From Auanema rhodensis (Eukaryota; Animalia; Nematoda), in assembly GCA_964057225.1 (NCBI GenBank), contig OZ059897.1:23002001-23066000 (forward strand): DNA of 64,000 nucleotides. Reading direction: 5' to 3'. Numbering within the stretch: position 1 is the first letter of the stretch; every line of letters starts with the position of its first letter. A model generated the notes under the pieces. The model was not told the DNA's origin and searched no databases. It saw only the letters and a program-made list of their open reading frames with translations. A program made the position numbers and the translations under genes. Shown piece by piece: positions 28,201 to 44,249 of this stretch.

Positions 28201-29499
28201 AAATTAAAGTTCACGTAAATTTCAAAGTCATGGTTACCATGAACCAATATCAATAAAAATTTGTTTTTAGACTAATATGGACATGGGGAATCTAATTTTG
28301 AAAACCGCATCTCTTTATCTTTCACGTGAAGCGAGTTACATACCAAGTGCACATCACGTGTACATTTAATTAGCATAAATTAAAGTTCACGTAAATTTCA
28401 AAGTCATGGTTACCATGCACCAATATCAATAAAAATTTGTTTTTAGACTAATATGGACATGGGGAATCTAATTTTGAAAACCGCATCTCTTTATCTTTCA
28501 CGTGAAGCGAGTTACATACCAAGTGCACATCACGTGTACATTTAATTAGCATAAATTAAAGTTCACGTAAATTTCAAAGTCATGGTTACCATGAACCAAT
28601 ATCAATAAAAATTTGTTTTTAGACTAATATGGACATGGGGAATCTAATTTTGAAAACCGCATCTCTTTATCTTTCACGTGAAGCGAGTTACATACCAAGT
28701 GCACATCACGTGTACATTTAATTAGCATAAATTAAAGTTCACGTAAATTTCAAAGTCATGGTTACCATGAAGCAATATCAATAAAAATTTGTTTTTAGAC
28801 TAATATGGACATGGGGAATCTAATTTTGAAAACCGCATCTCTTTATCTTTCACGTGAAGCGAGTTACATACCAAGTGCACATCACGTGTACATTTAATTA
28901 GCATAAATTAAAGTTCACGTAAATTTCAAAGTCATGGTTACCATGAACCAATATCAATAAAAATTTGTTTTTAGACTAATATGGACATGGGGAATCTAAT
29001 TTTGAAAACCGCATCTCTTCATCTTTCACGTGAAGCGAGTTACATACCAAGTGCACATCACGTGTACATTTAATTAGCATAAATTAAAGTTCACGTAAAC
29101 TTCAAAGTCATGGTTACCATGAAGCAATATCAATAAAAATTTGTTTTTAGACTAATATGGACATGGGGAATCTAATTTTGAAAACCGCATCTCTTTATCT
29201 TTCACGTGAAGCGAGTTACATACCAAGTGCACATCACGTGTACATTTAATTAGCATAAATTAAAGTTCACGTAAATTTCAAAGTCATGGTTACCATGAAC
29301 CAATATCAATAAAAATTTGTTTTTAGACTAATATGGACATGGGGAATCTAATTTTGAATACCGCATCTCTTCATCTTTCACGTGAAGCGAGTTACATACC
29401 AAGTGCACATCACGTGTACATTTAATTAGCATAAATTAAAGTTCACGTAAACTTCAAAGTCATGGTTACCATGAAGCAATATCAATAAAAATTTGTTTT

Positions 29500-31350
29500 T
29501 AGACTAATATGGACATGGGGAATCTAATTTTGAAAACCGCATCTCTTTATCTTTCACGTGAAGCGAGTTACATACCAAGTGCACATCACGTGTACATTTA
29601 ATTAGCATAAATTAAAGTTCACGTAAATTTCAAAGTCATGGTTACCATGAACCAATATCAATAAAAATTTGTTTTTAGACTAATATGGACATGGGGAATC
29701 TAATTTTGAAAACCGCATCTCTTTATCTTTCACGTGAAGCGAGTTACATACCAAGTGCACATCACGTGTACATTTAATTAACATAAATTGAAGTTCACGT
29801 AAATTTCAAAGTCATGGTTACCATGCACCAATATCAATAAAAATTTGTTTTTAGACTAATATGGACATGGGGAATCTAATTTTGAAAACCGCATCTCTTT
29901 ATCTTTCACGTGAAGCGAGTTACATACCAAGTGCACATCACGTGTACATTTAATTAGCATAAATTAAAGTTCACGTAAATTTCAAAGTCATGGTTACCAT
30001 GAACCAATATCAATAAAAATTTGTTTTTAGACTAATATGGACATGGGGAATCTAATTTTGAAAACCGCATCTCTTTATCTTTCACGTGAAGCGAGTTACA
30101 TACCAAGTGCACATCACGTGTACATTTAATTAGCATAAATTAAAGTTCACGTAAATTTCAAAGTCATGGTTACCATGAACCAATATCAATAAAAATTTGT
30201 TTTTAGACTAATATGGACATGGGGAATCTAATTTTGAAAACCGCATCTCTTTATCTTTCACGTGAAGCGAGTTACATACCAAGTGCACATCACGTGTACA
30301 TTTAATTAGCATAAATTAAAGTTCACGTAAATTTCAAAGTCATGGTTACCATGAAGCAATATCAATAAAAATTTGTTTTTAGACTAATATGGACATGGGG
30401 AATCTAATTTTGAAAACCGCATCTCTTTATCTTTCACGTGAAGCGAGTTACATACCAAGTGCACATCACGTGTACATTTAATTAGCATAAATTAAAGTTC
30501 ACGTAAATTTCAAAGTCATGGTTACCATGAACCAATATCAATAAAAATTTGTTTTTAGACTAATATGGACATGGGGAATCTAATTTTGAAAACCGCATCT
30601 CTTTATCTTTCACGTGAAGCGAGTTACATACCAAGTGCACATCACGTGTACATTTAATTAACATAAATTGAAGTTCACGTAAATTTCAAAGTCATGGTTA
30701 CCATGCACCAATATCAATAAAAATTTGTTTTTAGACTAATATGGACATGGGGAATCTAATTTTGAAAACCGCATCTCTTTATCTTTCACGTGAAGCGAGT
30801 TACATACCAAGTGCACATCACGTGTACATTTAATTAGCATAAATTAAAGTTCACGTAAATTTCAAAGTCATGGTTACCATGAACCAATATCAATAAAAAT
30901 TTGTTTTTAGACTAATATGGACATGGGGAATCTAATTTTGAAAACCGCATCTCTTTATCTTTCACGTGAAGCGAGTTACATACCAAGTGCACATCACGTG
31001 TACATTTAATTAGCATAAATTAAAGTTCACGTAAATTTCAAAGCCATGGTTACCATGAACCAATATCAATAAAAATTTGTTTTTAGACTAATATGGACAT
31101 GGGGAATCTAATTTTGAAAACCGCATCTCTTTATCTTTCACGTGAAGCGAGTTACATACCAAGTGCACATCACGTGTACATTTAATTAGCATAAATTAAA
31201 GTTCACGTAAATTTCAAAGTCATGGTTACCATGAAGCAATATCAATAAAAATTTGTTTTTAGACTAATATGGACATGGGGAATCTAATTTTGAAAACCGC
31301 ATCTCTTTATCTTTCACGTGAAGCGAGTTACATACCAAGTGCACATCACG
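29500..31350 (+). repeat. Local duplication, 5-monomer offset (880 bp); boundaries approximate
   Basis: The double variant TTAACATAAATTGAAG occurs at 29781+29790 and 30661+30670. Confidence 0.8.
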
Positions 31351-34300
31351 TGTACATTTAATTAGCATAAATTAAAGTTCACGTAAATTTCAAAGTCATG
31401 GTTACCATGCACCAATATCAATAAAAATTTGTTTTTAGACTAATATGGACATGGGGAATCTAATTTTGAAAACCGCATCTCTTTATCTTTCACGTGAAGC
31501 GAGTTACATACCAAGTGCACATCACGTGTACATTTAATTAGCATAAATTAAAGTTCACGTAAATTTCAAAGTCATGGTTACCATGAACCAATATCAATAA
31601 AAATTTGTTTTTAGACTAATATGGACATGGGGAATCTAATTTTGAAAACCGCATCTCTTTATCTTTCACGTGAAGCGAGTTACATACCAAGTGCACATCA
31701 CGTGTACATTTAATTAGCATAAATTAAAGTTCACGTAAATTTCAAAGTCATGGTTACCATGAAGCAATATCAATAAAAATTTGTTTTTAGACTAATATGG
31801 ACATGGGGAATCTAATTTTGAAAACCGCATCTCTTCATCTTTCACGTGAAGCGAGTTACATACCAAGTGCACATCACGTGTACATTTAATTAGCATAAAT
31901 TAAAGTTCACGTAAACTTCAAAGTCATGGTTACCATGAAGCAATATCAATAAAAATTTGTTTTTAGACTAATATGGACATGGGGAATCTAATTTTGAAAA
32001 CCGCATCTCTTTATCTTTCACGTGAAGCGAGTTACATACCAAGTGCACATCACGTGTACATTTAATTAGCATAAATTAAAGTTCACGTAAATTTCAAAGT
32101 CATGGTTACCATGAAGCAATATCAATAAAAATTTGTTTTTAGACTAATATGGACATGGGGAATCTAATTTTGAAAACCGCATCTCTTTATCTTTCACGTG
32201 AAGCGAGTTACATACCAAGTGCACATCACGTGTACATTTAATTAGCATAAATTAAAGTTCACGTAAATTTCAAAGTCATGGTTACCATGAACCAATATCA
32301 ATAAAAATTTGTTTTTAGACTAATATGGACATGGGGAATCTAATTTTGAAAACCGCATCTCTTTATCTTTCACGTGAAGCGAGTTACATACCAAGTGCAC
32401 ATCACGTGTACATTTAATTAGCATAAATTAAAGTTCACGTAAATTTCAAAGTCATGGTTACCATGAACCAATATCAATAAAAATTTGTTTTTAGACTAAT
32501 ATGGACATGGGGAATCTAATTTTGAAAACCGCATCTCTTTATCTTTCACGTGAAGCGAGTTACATACCAAGTGCACATCACGTGTACATTTAATTAGCAT
32601 AAATTAAAGTTCACGTAAATTTCAAAGTCATGGTTACCATGAACCAATATCAATAAAAATTTGTTTTTAGACTAATATGGACATGGGGAATCTAATTTTG
32701 AAAACCGCATCTCTTTATCTTTCACGTGAAGCGAGTTACATAATAAGTGCACATCACGTGTACATTTAATTAGCATAAATTAAAGTTCACGTAAACTTCA
32801 AAGTCATGGTTACCATGAAGCAATATCAATAAAAATTTGTTTTTAGACTAATATGGACATGGGGAATCTAATTTTGAAAACCGCATCTCTTTATCTTTCA
32901 CGTGAAGCGAGTTACATACCAAGTGCACATCACGTGTACATTTAATTAGCATAAATTAAAGTTCACGTAAATTTCAAAGTCATGGTTACCATGCACCAAT
33001 ATCAATAAAAATTTGTTTTTAGACTAATATGGACATGGGGAATCTAATTTTGAAAACCGCATCTCTTTATCTTTCACGTGAAGCGAGTTACATACCAAGT
33101 GCACATCACGTGTACATTTAATTAGCATAAATTAAAGTTCACGTAAACTTCAAAGTCATGGTTACCATGAAGCAATATCAATAAAAATTTGTTTTTAGAC
33201 TAATATGGACATGGGGAATCTAATTTTGAAAACCGCATCTCTTTATCTTTCACGTGAAGCGAGTTACATACCAAGTGCACATCACGTGTACATTTAATTA
33301 GCATAAATTAAAGTTCACGTAAATTTCAAAGTCATGGTTACCATGCACCAATATCAATAAAAATTTGTTTTTAGACTAATATGGACATGGGGAATCTAAT
33401 TTTGAAAACCGCATCTCTTTATCTTTCACGTGAAGCGAGTTACATACCAAGTGCACATCACGTGTACATTTAATTAGCATAAATTAAAGTTCACGTAAAT
33501 TTCAAAGTCATGGTTACCATGAACCAATATCAATAAAAATTTGTTTTTAGACTAATATGGACATGGGGAATCTAATTTTGAAAACCGCATCTCTTTATCT
33601 TTCACGTGAAGCGAGCTACATACCAAGTGCACATCACGTGTACATTTAATTAGCATAAATTAAAGTTCACGTAAATTTCAAAGTCATGGTTACCATGAAG
33701 CAATATCAATAAAAATTTGTTTTTAGACTAATATGGACATGGGGAATCTAATTTTGAAAACCGCATCTCTTTATCTTTCACGTGAAGCGAGTTACATACC
33801 AAGTGCACATCACGTGTACATTTAATTAGCATAAATTAAAGTTCACGTAAATTTCAAAGTCATGGTTACCATGAACTAATATCAATAAAAATTTGTTTTT
33901 AGACTAATATGGACATGGGGAATCTAATTTTGAAAACCGCATCTCTTTATCTTTCACGTGAAGCGAGTTACATACCAAGTGCACATCACGTGTACATTTA
34001 ATTAGCATAAATTAAAGTTCACGTAAATTTCAAAGTCATGGTTACCATGAAGCAATATCAATAAAAATTTGTTTTTAGACTAATATGACCATGGGGAATC
34101 TAATTTTGAAAACCGCATCTCTTTATCTTTCACGTGATGCGAGTTACATACCAAGTGCACATCACGTGTACATTTAATTAGCATAAATTAAAGTTCACGT
34201 AAATTTCAAAGTCATGGTTACCATGAACCAATATCAATAAAAATTTGTTTTTAGACTAATATGGACATGGGGAATCTAATTTTGAAAACCGCATCTCTTT

Positions 34301-35199
34301 ATCTTTCACGTGAAGCGAGTTACATACCAAGTGCACATCACGTGTACATTTAATTAGCATAAATTAAAGTTCACGTAAATTTCAAAGTCATGGTTACCAT
34401 GAACCAATATCAATAAAAATTTGTTTTTAGACTAATATGGACATGGGGAATCTAATTTTGAAAACCGCATCTCTTTATCTTTCACGTGAAGCGAGTTACA
34501 TACCAAGTGCACATCACGTGTACATTTAATTAGCATAAATTAAAGTTCACGTAAATTTCAAAGTCATGGTTACCATGAACCAATATCAATAAAAATTTGT
34601 TTTTAGACTAATATGGACATGGGGAATCTAATTTTGAAAACCGCATCTCTTTATCTTTCACGTGAAGCGAGTTACATACCAAGTGCACATCACGTGTACA
34701 TTTAATTAGCATAAATTAAAGTTCACGTAAATTTCAAAGTCATGGTTACCATGAACCAATATCAATAAAAATTTGTTTTTAGACTAATATGGACATGGGG
34801 AATCTAATTTTGAAAACCGCATCTCTTTATCTTTCACGTGAAGCGAGTTACATACCAAGTGCACATCACGTGTACATTTAATTAGCATAAATTAAAGTTC
34901 ACGTAAATTTCAAAGTCATGGTTACCATGAACCAATATCACGAAAAATTTGTTTTTAGACTAATATGGACATGGGGAATCTAATTTTGAGAACCGCATCA
35001 CTTTATCTTTCACGTGAAGCGAGTTACATACCAAGTGCACATCACGTGTACATTTAATTAGCATAAATTAAAGTTCACGTAAATTTCAAAGTCATGGTTA
35101 CCATGCACCAATATCAATAAAAATTTGTTTTTAGACTAATATGGACATGGGGAATCTAATTTTGAAAACCGCATCTCTTTATCTTTCACGTGAAGCGAG

Positions 35200-36950
35200 T
35201 TACATACCAAGTGCACATCACGTGTACATTTAATTAGCATAAATTAAAGTTCACGTAAACTTCAAAGTCATGGTTACCATGAACCAATATCAATAAAAAT
35301 TTGTTTATAGACTAATATGGACATGGGGAATCTAATTTTGAAAACCGCATCTCTTTATCTTTCACGTGAAGCGAGTTACATACCAAGTGCACATCACGTG
35401 TACATTTAATTAGCATAAATTAAAGTTCACGTAAATTTCAAAGTCATGGTTACCATGAACCAGTATCAATAAAAATTTGTTTTTAGACTAATATGGACAT
35501 GGGGAATCTAATTTTGAAAACCGCATCTCTTTATCTTTCACGTGAAGCGAGTTACATACCAAGTGCACATCACGTGTACATTTAATTAGCATAAATTAAA
35601 GTTCACGTAAATTTCAAAGTCATGGTTACCATGAACCAATATCAATAAAAATTTGTTTTTAGACTAATATGGACATGGGGAATCTAATTTTGAAAACCGC
35701 ATCTTTTTATCTTTCACGTGAAGCGAGTTACATACCAAGTGCACATCACGTGTACATTTAATTAGCATAAATTAAAGTTCACGTAAATTTCAAAGTCAAG
35801 GTTACCATGAAGCAATATCAATAAAAATTTGTTTTTAGACTAATATGGACATGGGGAATCTAATTTTGAAAACCGCATCTCTTTATCTTTCACGTGAAGC
35901 GAGTTACATACCAAGTGCACATCACGTGTACATTTAATTAGCATAAATTAAAGTTCACGTAAATTTCAAAGTCATGGTTACCATGAAGCAATATCAATAA
36001 AAATTTGTTTTTAGACTAATATGACCATGGGGAATCTAATTTTGAAAACCGCATCTCTTTATCTTTCACGTGAAGCGAGTTACATACCAAGTGCACATCA
36101 CGTGTACATTTAATTAGCATAAATTAAAGTTCACGTAAATTTCAAAGTCATGGTTACCATGAACCAATATCAATAAAAATTTGTGTTTAGACTAATATGG
36201 ACATGGGGAATCTAATTTTGAAAACCGCATCTCTTTATCTTTCACGTGAAGCGAGTTACATACCAAGTGCACATCACGTGTACATTTAATTAGCATAAAT
36301 TAAAGTTCACGTAAATTTCAAAGTCATGGTTACCATGAACCAATATCAATAAAAATTTGTTTTTAGACTAATATGGACATGGGGAATCTAATTTTGAAAA
36401 CCGCATCTCTTTATCTTTCACGTGAAGCGAGTTACATACCAAGTGCACATCACGTGTACATTTAATTAGCATAAATTAAAGTTCACGTAAATTTCAAAGT
36501 CATGGTTACCATGAACCAATATCAATAAAAATTTGTTTTTAGACTAATATGGACATGGGGAATCTAATTTTGAAAACCGCATCTCTTTATCTTTCACGTG
36601 AAGCGAGTTACATACCAAGTGCACATCACGTGTACATTTAATTAGCATAAATTAAAGTTCACGTAAACTTCAAAGTCATGGTTACCATGAACCAATATCA
36701 ATAAAAATTTGTTTATAGACTAATATGGACATGGGGAATCTAATTTTGAAAACCGCATCTCTTTATCTTTCACGTGAAGCGAGTTACATACCAAGTGCAC
36801 ATCACGTGTACATTTAATTAGCATAAATTAAAGTTCACGTAAATTTCAAAGTCATGGTTACCATGAACCAGTATCAATAAAAATTTGTTTTTAGACTAAT
36901 ATGGACATGGGGAATCTAATTTTGAAAACCGCATCTCTTTATCTTTCACG
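35200..36950 (+). repeat. Local duplication, 8-monomer offset (1408 bp); boundaries approximate
   Basis: Paired variants at 35260/36668, 35307/36715 and 35463/36871. Confidence 0.8.
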
Positions 36951-39288
36951 TGAAGCGAGTTACATACTAAGTGCACATCACGTGTACATTTAATTAGCAT
37001 AAATTAAAGTTCACGTAAATTTCAAAGTCATGGTTACCATGAACCAATATCAATAAAAATTTGTTTTTAGACTAATATGGACATGGGGAATCTAATTTTG
37101 AAAACCGCATCTCTTTATCTTTCACGTGAAGCGAGTTACATACCAAGTGCACATCACGTGTACATTTAATTAGCATAAATTAAAGTTCACGTAAATTTCA
37201 AAGTCATGGTTACCATGAACCAATATCAATAAAAATTTGTTTTTAGACTAATATGGACATGGGGAATCTAATTTTGAAAACCGCATCTCTTTATCTTTCA
37301 CGTGAAGCGAGTTACATACCAAGTGCACATCACGTGTACATTTAATTAGCATAAATTAAAGTTCACGTAAATTTCAAAGTCATGGTTACCATGAACCAAT
37401 ATCAATAAAAATTTGTTTTTAGACTAATATGGACATGGGGAATCTAATTTTGAAAACCGCATCTCTTTATCTTTCACGTGAAGCGAGTTACATACCAAGT
37501 GCACATCACGTGTACATTTAATTAGCATAAATTAAAGTTCACGTAAATTTCAAAGTCATGGTTACCATGAACCAATATCAATAAAAATTTGTTTTTAGAC
37601 TAATATGGACATGGGGAATCTAATTTTGAAAACCGCATCTCTTTATCTTTCACGTGAAGCGAGCTACATACCAAGTGCACATCACGTGTACATTTAATTA
37701 GCATAAATTAAAGTTCACGTAAATTTCAAAGTCATGGTTACCATGAAGCAATATCAATAAAAATTTGTTTTTAGACTAATATGACCATGGGGAATCTAAT
37801 TTTGAAAACCGCATCTCTTTATCTTTCACGTGAAGCGAGTTACATACCAAGTGCACATCACGTGTACATTTAATTAGCATAAATTAAAGTTCACGTAAAT
37901 TTCAAAGTCATGGTTACCATGAACCAATATCAAGAAAAATTTGTTTTTAGACTAATATGGACATGGGGAATCTAATTTTGAAAACCGCATCTCTTTATCT
38001 TTCACGTGAAGCGAGTTACATACCAAGTGCACATCACGTGTACATTTAATTAGCATAAATTAAAGTGCACGTAAATTTCAAAGTCATGGTTACCATGAAC
38101 CAATATCAATAAAAATTTGTTTTTAGACTAATATGGACATGGGGAATCTAATTTTGAAAACCGCATCTCTTTATCTTTCACGTGAAGCGAGTTACATACC
38201 AAGTGCACATCACGTGTACATTTAATTAGCATAAATTAAAGTTCACGTAAATTTCAAAGTCATGGTTACCATGAACCAATATCAATAAAAATTTGTTTTT
38301 AGACTAATATGGACATGGGGAATCTAATTTTGAAAACCGCATCTCTTTATCTTTCACGTGAAGCGAGTTACATACCAAGTGCACATCACGTGTACATTTA
38401 ATTAGCATAAATTAAAGTTCACGTAAATTTCAAAGTCATGGTTACCATGAACCAATATCAATAAAAATTTGTTTTTAGACTAATATGGACATGGGGAATC
38501 TAATTTTGAAAACCGCATCTCTTTATCTTTCACGTGAAGTGAGTTACATACCAAGTGCACATCACGTGTACATTTAATTAGCATAAATTAAAGTTCACGT
38601 AAATTTCAAAGTCATGGTTACCATGAACCAATATCAATAAAAATTTGTTTTTAGACTAATATGGACATGGGGAATCTAATTTTGAAAACCGCATCTCTTT
38701 ATCTTTCACGTGAAGCGAGTTACATACCAAGTGCACATCACGTGTACATTTAATTAGCATAAATTAAAGTTCACGTAAATTTCAAAGTCATGGTTACCAT
38801 GAACCAATATCAATAAAAATTTGTTTTTAGACTAATATGGACATGGGGAATCTAATTTTGAAAACCGCATCTCTTTATCTTTCACGTGAAGCGAGTTACA
38901 TACCAAGTGCACATCACGTGTACATTTAATTAGCATAAATTAAAGTTCACGTAAATTTCAAAGTCATGGTTACCATGAACCAATATCAATAAAAATTTGT
39001 TTTTAGACTAATATGGACATGGGGAATCTAATTTTGAAAACCGCATCTCTTTATCTTTCACGTGAAGCGAGTTACATACCAAGTGCACATCACGTGTACA
39101 TTTAATTAGCATAAATTAAAGTTCACGTAAATTTCAAAGTCATGGTTACCATGAACCAATATCACGAAAAATTTGTTTTTAGACTAATATGGACATGGGG
39201 AATCTAATTTTGAGAACCGCATCTCTTTATCTTTCACGTGAAGCGAGTTACATACCAAGTGCACATCACGTGTACATTTAATTAGCAT

Positions 39289-39300
39289 TAATTAAAGATA
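39289..39300. other. Left inversion junction (+ to -) with 4-bp microhomology AAAG
   Basis: Forward ...GCATTAATT[AAAG] (normally continues TTCACG) joins reverse [AAAG]ATAAAGAGATGCG (normally preceded by GTG). The shared bases are 39294-39297. Confidence 0.95.
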
Positions 39301-40440
39301 AAGAGATGCGGTTTTCAAAATTAGATTCCCCATGTCCATATTAGTCTAAAAACAAATTTTTATTGATATTGGTGCATGGTAACCATGACTTTGAATTTTA
39401 CGTGAACTTTAATTTATGCTAATTAAATGTACACATGATGTGCACTTGGTATGTAACTCGCTTCACGTGAAAGATAAAGAGATGCGGTTTTTAAAATTAG
39501 ATTCCCCATGTCCATATTAGTCTAAAAACAAATTTTTATTGATATTGGTTCATGGTAACCATGACTTTGAAATTTACGTGAACTTTAATTTATGCTAATT
39601 AAATGTACACGTGATGTGCACTTGGTATGTAACTCGCTTCACGTGAAAGATAAAGAGATGCGGTTTTCAAAATTAGATTCCCCATGTCCATATTAGTCTA
39701 AAAACAAATTTTTATTGATATTGCTTCATGGTAACCATGACTTTGAAATTTACGTGAACTTTAATTTATGCTAATTAAATGTACACGTGATGTGCACTTG
39801 GTATGTAACTCGCTTCACGTGAAAGATAAAGAGATGCGGTTTTCAAAATTAGATTCCCCATGTCCATATTAGTCTAAAAACAAATTTTTATTGATATTGG
39901 TTCATGGTAACCATGACTTTGAAATTTACGTGAACTTTAATTTATGCTAATTAAATGTACACGTGATGTGCACTTGGTATGTAACTCGCTTCACGTGAAA
40001 GATAAAGAGATGCGGTTTTCAAAATTAGATTCCCCATGTCCATATTAGTCTAAAAACAAATTTTTATTGATATTGCTTCATTGTAACCATGACTTTGAAA
40101 TTTACGTGAACTTTAATTTATGCTAATTAAATGTACACGTGATGTGCACTTGGTATGTAACTCGCTTCACGTGAAAGATGAAGAGATGCGGTTTTCAAAA
40201 TTAGATTCCCCATGTCCATATTAGTCTAAAAACAAATTTTTATTGATATTGGTGCATGGTAACCATGACTTTGAATTTTACGTGAACTTTAATTTATGCT
40301 AATTAAATGTACACATGATGTGCACTTGGTATGTAACTCGCTTCACGTGAAAGATAAAGAGATGCGGTTTTTAAAATTAGATTCCCCATGTCCATATTAG
40401 TCTAAAAACAAATTTTTATTGATATTGGTTCATGGTAACC
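39300..40440 (-). repeat. Duplication at the start of the inverted block, 5-monomer offset (880 bp)
   Basis: Paired variants at 39396/40276, 39435/40315 and 39492/40372. Confidence 0.82.
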
Positions 40441-43400
40441 ATGACTTCAAATTTACGTGAACTTTAATTTATGCTAATTAAATGTACACGTGATGTGCAC
40501 TTGGTATGTAACTCGCTTCACGTGAAAGATAAAGAGATGCGGTTTTCAAAATTAGATTCCCCATGTCCATATTAGTCTAAAAACAAATTTTTATTGATAT
40601 TGGTTCATGGTAACCATGACTTTGAAATTTACGTGAACTTTAATTTATGCTAATTAAATGTACACGTGATGTGCACTTGGTATGTAACTCGCTTCACGTG
40701 AAAGATAAAGAGATGCGGTTTTCAAAATTAGATTCCCCATGTCCATATTAGTCTAAAAACAAATTTTTATTGATATTGCTTCATGGTAACCATGACTTTG
40801 AAATTTACGTGAACTTTAATTTATGCTAATTAAATGTACACGTGATGTGCACTTGGTATGTAACTCGCTTCACGTGAAAGATAAAGAGATGCGGTTTTCA
40901 AAATTAGATTCCCCATGTCCATATTAGTCTCAAAACAAATTTTTATTGATATTGGTTCATGGTAACCATGACTTTGAAATTTACGTGAACTTTAATTTAT
41001 GCTAATTAAATGTACACGTGATGTGCACTTGGTATGTAACTCGCTTCACGTGAAAGATAAAGAGATGCGGTTTTCAAAATTAGATTCCCCATGTCCATAT
41101 TAGTCTAAAAACAAATTTTTATTGATATTGGTGCATGGTAACCATGACTTTGAATTTTACGTGAACTTTAATTTATGCTAATTAAATGTACACGTGATGT
41201 GCACTTGGTATGTAACTCGCTTCACGTGAAAGATAAAGAGATGCGGTTTTCAAAATTAGATTCCCCATGTCCATATTAGTCTAAAAACAAATTTTTATTG
41301 ATATTGGTTCATGGTAACCATGACTTTGAAATTTACGTGAACTTTAATTTATGCTAATTAAATGTACACGTGATGTGCACTTGGTATGTAACTCGCTTCA
41401 CGTGAAAGATAAAGAGATGCGGTTTTCAAAATTAGATTCCCCATGTCCATATTAGTCTAAAAACAAATTTTGATTGATATTGCTTCATGGTAACCATGAC
41501 TTTGAAATTTACGTGAACTTTAATTTATGCTAATTAAATGTACACGTGATGTGCACTTGGTATGTAACTCGCTTCACGTGAAAGATAAAGAGATGCGGTT
41601 TTCAAAATTAGATTCCCCATGTCCATATTAGTCTAAAAACAAATTTTTATTGATATTGCTTCATGGTAACCATGACTTTGAAATTTACGTGAACTTTAAT
41701 TTATGCTAATTAAATGTACACGTGATGTGCACTTGGTATGTAACTCGCTTCACGTGAAAGATAAAGAGATGCGGTTTTCAAAATTAGATTCCCCATGTCC
41801 ATATTAGTCTAAAAACAAATTTTTATTGATATTGGTTCATGGTAACCATGACTTTGAAATTTACGTGAACTTTAATTTATGCTAATTAAATGTACACGTG
41901 ATGTGCACTTGGTATGTAACTCGCTTCACGTGAAAGATAAAGAGATGCGGTTTTCAAAATTAGATTCCCCATGTCCATATTAGTCTAAAAACAAATTTTT
42001 ATTGATATTGGTTCATGGTAACCATGACTTTGAAATTTACGTGAACTTTAATTTATGCTAATTAAATGTACATGTGATGTGCACTTGGTATGTAACTCGC
42101 TTCACGTGAAAGATAAAGAGATGCGGTTTTCAAAATTAGATTCCCCATGTCCATATTAGTCTAAAAACAAATTTTTATTGATATTGGTGCATGGTAACCA
42201 TGACTTTGAATTTTACGTGAACTTTAATTTATGCTAATTAAATGTACACGTGATGTGCACTTGGTATGTAACTCGCTTCACGTGAAAGATAAAGAGATGC
42301 GGTTTTCAAAATTAGATTCCCCATGTCCATATTAGTCTAAAAACAAATTTTTATTGATATTGGTTCATGGTAACCATGACTTTGAAATTTACGTGAACTT
42401 TAATTTATGCTAATTAAATGTACACGTGATGTGCACTTGGTATGTAACTCGCTTCACGTGAAAGATAAAGAGATGCGGTTTTCAAAATTAGATTCCCCAT
42501 GTCCATATTAGTCTAAAAACAAATTTTTATTGATATTGGTGCATGGTAACCATGACTTTGAAATTTACGTGAACTTTAATTTATGCTAATTAAATATACA
42601 CGTGATGTGCACTTGGTATGTAACTCGCTTCACGTGAAAGATAAAGAGATGCGGTTTTCAAAATTAGATTCCCCATGTCCATATTAGTCTAAAAACAAAT
42701 TTTTATTGATATTGCTTCATGGTAACCATGACTTTGAAATTTACGTGAACTTTAATTTATGCTAATTAAATGTACACGTGATGTGCACTTGGTATGTAAC
42801 TCGCTTCACGTGAAAGATAAAGAGATGCGGTTTTCAAAATTAGATTCCCCATGTCCATATTAGTCTAAAAACAAATTTTTATTGATATTGGTTCATGGTA
42901 ACCATGACTTTGAAATTTACGTGAACTTTAATTTATGCTAATTAAATGTACACGTGATGTGCACTTGGTATGTAACTCGCTTCACGTGAAAGATAAAGAG
43001 ATGCGGTTTTCAAAATTAGATTCCCCATGTCCATATTAGTCTAAAAACAAATTTTTATTGATATTGCTTCATGGTAACCATGACTTTGAAATTTACGTGA
43101 ACTTTAATTTATGCTAATTAAATGTACACGTGATGTGCACTTGGTATGTAACTCGCTTCACGTGAAAGATAAAGAGATGCGGTTTTCAAAATTAGATTCC
43201 CCATGTCCATATTAGTCTAAAAACAAATTTTTATTGATATTGGTGCATGGTAACCATGACTTTGAATTTTACGTGAACTTTAATTTATGCTAATTAAATG
43301 TACACGTGATGTGCACTTGGTATGTAACTCGCTTCACGTGAAAGATAAAGAGATGCGGTTTTCAAAATTAGATTCCCCATGTCCATATTAGTCTAAAAAC

Positions 43401-44249
43401 AAATTTTTATTGATATTGGTTCATGGTAACCATGACTTTGAAATTTACGTGAACTTTAATTTATGCTAATTAAATGTACACGTGATGTGCACTTGGTATG
43501 TAACTCGCTTCACGTGAAAGATAAAGAGATGCGGTTTTCAAAATTAGATTCCCCATGTTCATATTAGTCTAAAAACAAATTTTTATTGATATTGGTGCAT
43601 GGTAACCATGACTTTGAAATTTACGTGAACTTTAATTTATGCTAATTAAATGTACACGTGATGTGCACTTGGTATGTAACTCGCTTCACGTGAAAGATAA
43701 AGAGATGCGGTTTTCAAAATTAGATTCCCCATGTCCATATTAGTCTAAAAACAAATTTTTATTGATATTGGTGCGTGGTAACCATGACTTTGAAATTTAC
43801 GTGAACTTTAATTTATGCTAATTAAATGTACACGTGATGTGCACTTGGTATGTAACTCGCTTCACGTGAAAGATAAAGAGATGCGGTTTTCAAAATTAGA
43901 TTCCCCATGTCCATATTAGTCTAAAAACAAATTTTTATTGATATTGCTTCATGGTAACCATGACTTTGAAATTTACGTGAACTTTAATTTATGCTAATTA
44001 AATGTACACGTGATGTGCACTTGGTATGTAACTCGCTTCACGTGAAAGATAAAGAGATGCGGTTTTCAAAATTAGATTCCCCATGTCCATATTAGTCTAA
44101 AAACAAATTTTTATTGATATTGCTTCATGGTAACCATGACTTTGAAATTTACGTGAACTTTAATTTATGCTAATTAAATGTACACGTGATGTGCACTTGG
44201 TATGTAACTCGCTTCACGTGAAAGATAAAGAGATGCGGTTTCCAAAATT

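Larger units (their letters stand above)
1..39297 (+). repeat. 176-bp tandem satellite, forward block 1 (about 223.3 monomers; open at window start)
   Basis: The unit starting TACATACCAAGTGCAC recurs at 1, 177, 881, 2641 ... 39249 (=1+223x176), so there is no net indel over 39 kb; only substitutions were seen. Confidence 0.99.
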
